DNA of 53,812 nucleotides from Promethearchaeota archaeon (GTDB lineage Archaea; Asgardarchaeota; Lokiarchaeia; Sigyniarchaeales; SOKP01): NCBI GenBank assembly GCA_018238625.1, contig JABCSY010000014.1, positions 1 to 53,812 of the forward strand, read 5' to 3'. Shown piece by piece: positions 49,447 to 53,812 of this stretch (position 1 is its first letter; each line of letters starts with the position of its first letter). The notes under the pieces were generated by a model. It saw only the letters and a program-made list of their open reading frames with translations, ran no database searches and was not told where the DNA came from. The position numbers and the translations under genes were made by a program.

Positions 49447-49881
49447 TCAGATTTTATTGCAATTAACATCAATAGACAAGCCAGTTGCAATTGAATTTGA
49501 AACTGTACAATATTCTCTGAAGTTTGTGATACATAATTTGATATCTTCAGAAGAAGCGTTTTCTTCAGGTTTAAATTTAATTTCAACATCCACTTTAGTT
49601 AACCTTAAAAGCAGTTTAGGACCTACATGAGATAATTTTCCATCAACCACGATTTCAACACTTTTCATCTTTATATTCCTTTTTTGTAGGCAGTATATGA
49701 ATGTTGTTCCTAAACACCCACCTATTCCAATTAATAAGTACTCAACGGAGCTTGGACCTAGATCCGTACCGTGAAATGATGTAGGTTCGTCTACATTAAA
49801 GTCATTAAATTGTCTCGCAGAAGCTATAAAATGAAGATTTTCGGAATAGTTTAACGATACTTTCATAACAAAACAACTCAA
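49447..49881 (-). CDS. OsmC/Ohr-family protein (YhfA-like)
   Basis: DEP..HGTDLGPS..EYLL...GGC, YCTVSNS; likely start ATG 49866. Confidence 0.88.
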   Translation of the reverse strand: MSCFVMKVSLNYSENLHFIASARQFNDFNVDEPTSFHGTDLGPSSVEYLLIGIGGCLGTTFIYCLQKRNIKMKSVEIVVDGKLSHVGPKLLLRLTKVDVEIKFKPEENASSEDIKLCITNFREYCTVSNSIATGLSIDVNCNKI

Positions 49882-49931
49882 AAATGAATTATATCTTACT
49901 TTTCAATAAAAATAGGAAAAATTCAAAATTA

Positions 49932-50183
49932 TTAGCCGATATGTAAGATTTGATTAATTATTGTCCAAATAAGTTGGATTACAAAGGATAGGACTCCTAA
50001 TACTAATAATCCAATTCCACATATCTTAAAAATTAATAGGTATTCTTTCCTATCTGGTTTATTAGCAATTTTAATTATTCTTTTAGTATTTTGAAAAAAG
50101 ACACCGATACGTTCGTAAAAAGTTAATTTTTTACTTTGATCATATTTCGAGTATTTTTCATAGTGAGGATAATTATTTGACAT
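49932..50183 (-). CDS. secE: Protein translocase SecE / Sec61 gamma
   Basis: RIIKIANKPDRKEY followed by one C-terminal TM helix. Confidence 0.92.
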   Translation of the reverse strand: MSNNYPHYEKYSKYDQSKKLTFYERIGVFFQNTKRIIKIANKPDRKEYLLIFKICGIGLLVLGVLSFVIQLIWTIINQILHIG

Positions 50184-50268
50184 TTTTCGTTTTTCTTCCG
50201 TTTTTTTAGATTATTTAAATAAAAACTAAATATTTAAAAAATTTAATTATTGATTAAACTTTTGATCG

Positions 50269-51183
50269 TCATTCTTCGCTAATATCAAGAATATTCGAAA
50301 GGAACTTTTCACGATTAAATGGCTCTAAATCGTCATATCCTTGTCCCATTCCTACAAATAAAATAGGTTTTTTAGTTTCGTAAGATATTGATAACGCAGC
50401 ACCACCCTTAGCGTCGGCATCTAATTTGGTTAAAATGTTTGCATCAATTCCTATGCTATTATTAAACTCTTTGGCTTGGGTTAACGCATCATTTCCAGCA
50501 AGGGAATCTCCAACAAATAAAACTAAATCCGGTTCGGCAACTTTAACGATTTTTTGCATTTCTCTCATTAAATTTTTATTACTAACTTGTCTCCCCGCAG
50601 TATCAACTAATACGACGTTAACTCCTTTTGCTGTTGCGTGCTGTATTGCATCAAAAGCAACACTTGCAGGATCTGATTTATATTCGTGTTTGATAACTCT
50701 AATTCCGATATTTTGCATATGGTAAGAGAGTTGTTCTATTGCCGCCGCTCTAAAAGTGTCCGCAGCCGCAGCTACAGAAGATAAATTATTATTTTTTAAA
50801 TAATGAGCTATTTTTGCAATTGTAGTAGTTTTCCCAGTACCGTTTACCCCTAAAAAAACTATAATATATGGCAAGTTTTTAGATTTTTTAATATTTATCT
50901 CATCCAATAAATTTATGTCTTTTTCAGGCGTTAAAATGTCGGTAATAACTTCTTTTAAAACACCAAATAAAAATTTATTTTTTGACGACAATCGACCAAT
51001 CTCTGTGCCCTTAAGCGACTCTTTTATTTTATCGCAGAGGACATCTGCAGTTTCGGTCGCTACATCATTTCCAATCAATAATAAATTCAGATCGTTTAAA
51101 GCGTCATCTAAACTATTGTCAGATAAAGATTTTTTAACGAAAATAGAGAAAACATTACTTAATTTTTTCATTGACTTAACCAT
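50269..51183 (-). CDS. ftsY: SRP receptor FtsY
   Basis: GVNGTGKTTT, DTFRAAA, DTAGR, TKLDADAKGG. Confidence 0.96.
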   Translation of the reverse strand: MVKSMKKLSNVFSIFVKKSLSDNSLDDALNDLNLLLIGNDVATETADVLCDKIKESLKGTEIGRLSSKNKFLFGVLKEVITDILTPEKDINLLDEINIKKSKNLPYIIVFLGVNGTGKTTTIAKIAHYLKNNNLSSVAAAADTFRAAAIEQLSYHMQNIGIRVIKHEYKSDPASVAFDAIQHATAKGVNVVLVDTAGRQVSNKNLMREMQKIVKVAEPDLVLFVGDSLAGNDALTQAKEFNNSIGIDANILTKLDADAKGGAALSISYETKKPILFVGMGQGYDDLEPFNREKFLSNILDISEE

Positions 51184-51234
51184 GTGAATTGAAGATAAAT
51201 ATTATTTTAAAATAAGTGACAAACTCAAATTATT

Positions 51235-51654
51235 TCAGCCCATTTTACCTTGAAACATTTGATTTATTCCTTGAAGGTTATAATCCAAGGTTTGAATTCT
51301 CTCTTTTAAAAACTTGAGTTGTTCATTATGTTGTTTCATAAGTTTATCGATAAATTCAATAGATTCTTCAGTTGTTTTTTCAATTACGATGTCTTGGGTA
51401 ATAGACACAAGGACTTTTTTCGTATCTTTAACTGCCCCTCTTATGCTTACTATTCCACCAATGGGGATTAGAATCTCGTCGTTTTCATCTATTCCATCTT
51501 GTAAATTATCAAGAGTCTTTTTTGTAGTGTATAAATTTCCAAGAGATGCGTTGACTATTTCAAATTGCCCTTGGAACATGTCTCGTTGCTCTTTAAGATA
51601 CCTGAATTGTTGTAATTGTTTTTCAAAATTTTGATTGTTTTCCATACAAATCAA
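51235..51654 (-). CDS. pfdA: Prefoldin alpha subunit
   Basis: Coiled coils flanking EILIPIGG...KVLVSI..DIVIEK; conserved gene context. Confidence 0.92.
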   Translation of the reverse strand: MICMENNQNFEKQLQQFRYLKEQRDMFQGQFEIVNASLGNLYTTKKTLDNLQDGIDENDEILIPIGGIVSIRGAVKDTKKVLVSITQDIVIEKTTEESIEFIDKLMKQHNEQLKFLKERIQTLDYNLQGINQMFQGKMG

Positions 51655-51672
51655 CTATATGTGAAAAAGTTT

Positions 51673-51903
51673 TTATTGCGATAATTCGCGGACAAGATAA
51701 TCCGTACACTCTTCTAGAGAAATCTCTTTTATTTCTTGAACATTAATTTGTCTTCTCAAAATGCCTATCGATGTGACTCGACTAAGTACTTTTTCAAGAG
51801 CATTTTCTTCGTTCATGGCTCGTACTTCTTTTCGAAACAAATATTTTTTATGTTTTTTTTTGTAGGTACCTACAATCCTATAAATTTTAATCGATCCTGA
51901 CAT
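51673..51903 (-). CDS. rpl18a: 50S ribosomal protein eL20 (L18Ae/LX)
   Basis: KIYRIVG...FRKEVRA...ALEKV.S; located between aIF6 and pfdA. Confidence 0.88.
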   Translation of the reverse strand: MSGSIKIYRIVGTYKKKHKKYLFRKEVRAMNEENALEKVLSRVTSIGILRRQINVQEIKEISLEECTDYLVRELSQ

Positions 51904-52004
51904 GAATTTTCAATTCCTATGTATCAACGAATTTAAAATTGATAATTATTTTAAAAATATTAAATTTTTGCTTTTTTATTATGTATTGGCTAACACTAAA
52001 GAAT

Positions 52005-52685
52005 TTAGAGTTTTAGAATGTTTGTAAGTCTCATTAGTTCGGGTCCAGTAGACGCCATCCCAAAAATACCGTTCTGGTCGTTAACAATCGCTCCTGAAGA
52101 GAGATAAGGGATCCCTCGGTTAACTGTAGAGACGTCCGTTTCATCTACTTTTAAAATTGTAGAAATGATTTCAATCTCTTCATCAGTTGCAAGAGGGTGT
52201 ACTAAACATCCATGGTTATTCGTTAAAGATATCGATCCGGGAAGATTGTTATTAACGAATTCGTAGACTATAGTCTCGACATTTAAAGTATCTTCAATCT
52301 GTTTTTTATGATCTTTTAAAAAAGAAGAAATTATTGCGCCTTTATCATTACATAAAATTAAATTTCCAAAGGCATTATCTAAAGATTTGAGAACTCCTAT
52401 CTTAAAATTAGTATTCAGCTCATCTGAACATGTCTTTAACTTTTGAAGCTCATCGTCCCTAATTATATGTGGGACAATTATTCCATATTTATTACTTGCC
52501 GTATATACACCGATTAAATTAGAATTATTAATTGAAATGGGAAAAAATGGAACTTTAAACGCGCTCTCAATTTTCATCATAGCTGGTTTAAGCAAAGTAG
52601 ATGGATATAATCCAAATGAATTATTAACTGCTAAGTAAACCCCTATAGAATTCTTCCCGAATATCTGGTACTTTAAAATCGTCAT
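52005..52685 (-). CDS. eif6: Translation initiation factor 6 (aIF6)
   Basis: IGVY, GNLILCNDKGA, GCLVHP, TVNRG. Confidence 0.95.
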   Translation of the reverse strand: MTILKYQIFGKNSIGVYLAVNNSFGLYPSTLLKPAMMKIESAFKVPFFPISINNSNLIGVYTASNKYGIIVPHIIRDDELQKLKTCSDELNTNFKIGVLKSLDNAFGNLILCNDKGAIISSFLKDHKKQIEDTLNVETIVYEFVNNNLPGSISLTNNHGCLVHPLATDEEIEIISTILKVDETDVSTVNRGIPYLSSGAIVNDQNGIFGMASTGPELMRLTNILKL

Positions 52686-52862
52686 TTAACAAAACTAATA
52701 AAATCTTTATGTGGAGTATAAAGTTTTAAACCATAAATATTTTATTAAAAATGCGAAAGTCTAATGAATCTACTAATAATCAATTAAAATTTCTGTTCTT
52801 AGCAAAACTCTATCCAGTATTTTAGTTAATATTTATTAATAAAAAAATCACAATGATTATTT

Positions 52863-53812
52863 ATGATTAATTGGATTATCGCATTTTTTTATTTTTTAAA
52901 CAATCTTGGATTCTTAACGCTCGAACAAATGTTTGTTAAGAACCTTACATTAATGGCAATTTGTCGGGGTTTCTACATTCTTACTTACATTTTCAAGTAC
53001 TACGCAAATGATCGTAGCGAAATGAGTGGAGACAAACGATTATTCACTAAAAAAGAGACAATTTATTTTGGTATTAAACAACTATTGGTTTTTTTATTTG
53101 GTATATTGTTCTTCCCAGTTTCTGTCTTTATATCTATTTATTCGCTTATAATTAGTGGATATTATCTCAAAAAATTGGCAGAAAATAAAAAAAATAAATC
53201 GCTTAAAGTTGTGGGTGTTTTAATTGCAGTATTAACTCCAATAATAGGGCTTCTGTGGTTTACATTTATCGAAGTTGATTATTATTCAATAACTGCTGTA
53301 GGTATCAGCATAGTAGCTTTTTTACATTATGGTTTAAAAATTTCTAAACTCTCTTTATCGGAACTATTAGAGAAATATAATAGAAGGCGTATACAAAAAC
53401 TTCCGAAAATTGCACAGTATGTTATTTTATTAATTCTTATCGCATTTCCAACAACTTTGATTATAGGTACTGCTGTTTATTCGCCCCAAAACAAATTAAC
53501 ATTTATGGTTCCTATGAGGGATGATGTTGAATTAGCTACAGATGTCTACTTTGCTCCAGGCTCTTTTGGTGCTCCGAAGCCTGTAATACTTGTAAGAACT
53601 ACTTACGGAAAAAATGGTATGGGTGCTATGTATGGTATGTTTTATCTTATTCAAGATTACCATCTAGTCGTACAAGATTGTAGGGGTACATTTGATTCAC
53701 CGGCAGGAGATAAGTACATACTTTTTGCTAATGCTTATAAAGATGGTGTGGATACAATTAAATGGATATTAGACCAATTATGGTGTGACGGTAAAATAGC
53801 TTCCGCAGGAGC
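52863..53812 (+). CDS. CocE/NonD (peptidase S15) hydrolase with N-terminal multi-TM domain, partial
   Basis: Manual translation: several TM helices, then MVPMRDDVELATDVY, PVILVRTTYGK, VQDCRGTFDS, DGVDTIKWI...WCDGKI; runs off the window. Not in the ORF track. Confidence 0.88.
   Translation, partial: MINWIIAFFYFLNNLGFLTLEQMFVKNLTLMAICRGFYILTYIFKYYANDRSEMSGDKRLFTKKETIYFGIKQLLVFLFGILFFPVSVFISIYSLIISGYYLKKLAENKKNKSLKVVGVLIAVLTPIIGLLWFTFIEVDYYSITAVGISIVAFLHYGLKISKLSLSELLEKYNRRRIQKLPKIAQYVILLILIAFPTTLIIGTAVYSPQNKLTFMVPMRDDVELATDVYFAPGSFGAPKPVILVRTTYGKNGMGAMYGMFYLIQDYHLVVQDCRGTFDSPAGDKYILFANAYKDGVDTIKWILDQLWCDGKIASAG

Noticed and set aside
879-51634. Numerous 60-125 aa ORFs overlapping real genes, mostly antisense (e.g. 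879-1157, 2678-2956, 5743-6120, 24003-24377, 31626-31967, 45699-46019, 50426-50725)
   Set aside because: They are shadows of well-supported genes, with Ser/Phe/Ile-rich antisense composition and no motifs

Overview
This is a low-GC archaeal chromosomal segment. Its gene content points to an Asgard archaeon, most likely Lokiarchaeia (inference): eS26, eL20/LX, aIF6, prefoldin alpha, FtsY, SecE, TFB, Gar1, archaeal DnaG, ArcS/RaSEA, TrmY, roadblock/LC7 proteins, an alpha-SNAP-like solenoid, a Get3-like ATPase and tandem Lrp/AsnC regulators. Most of the window is housekeeping and metabolic: tusA-iscS-iscU, a corrinoid protein, CdhE, an ADP-forming acyl-CoA synthetase alpha subunit, AhcY, a Cbi/Nik MNQO metal ECF transporter and two ABC systems. 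I found no tRNA, rRNA, CRISPR array or transposase. The most interesting signals are non-coding or sub-gene scale. (1) A GC-enriched, apparently highly structured ~300-nt RNA candidate with box C/D motifs at 37145-37450. (2) A duplicated cbiM/cbiQ promoter that appears to drive a hairpin sRNA behind the metal transporter. (3) A 9-aa micro-ORF with an SD, a TATA-like box and a terminator hairpin, lying between an AmpG-like MFS transporter and a 1203-aa multi-Lrp-like protein. (4) Repeated use of ATT/ATA start codons behind SD motifs. All calls come from reading motifs by eye; no searches or folding programs were run.
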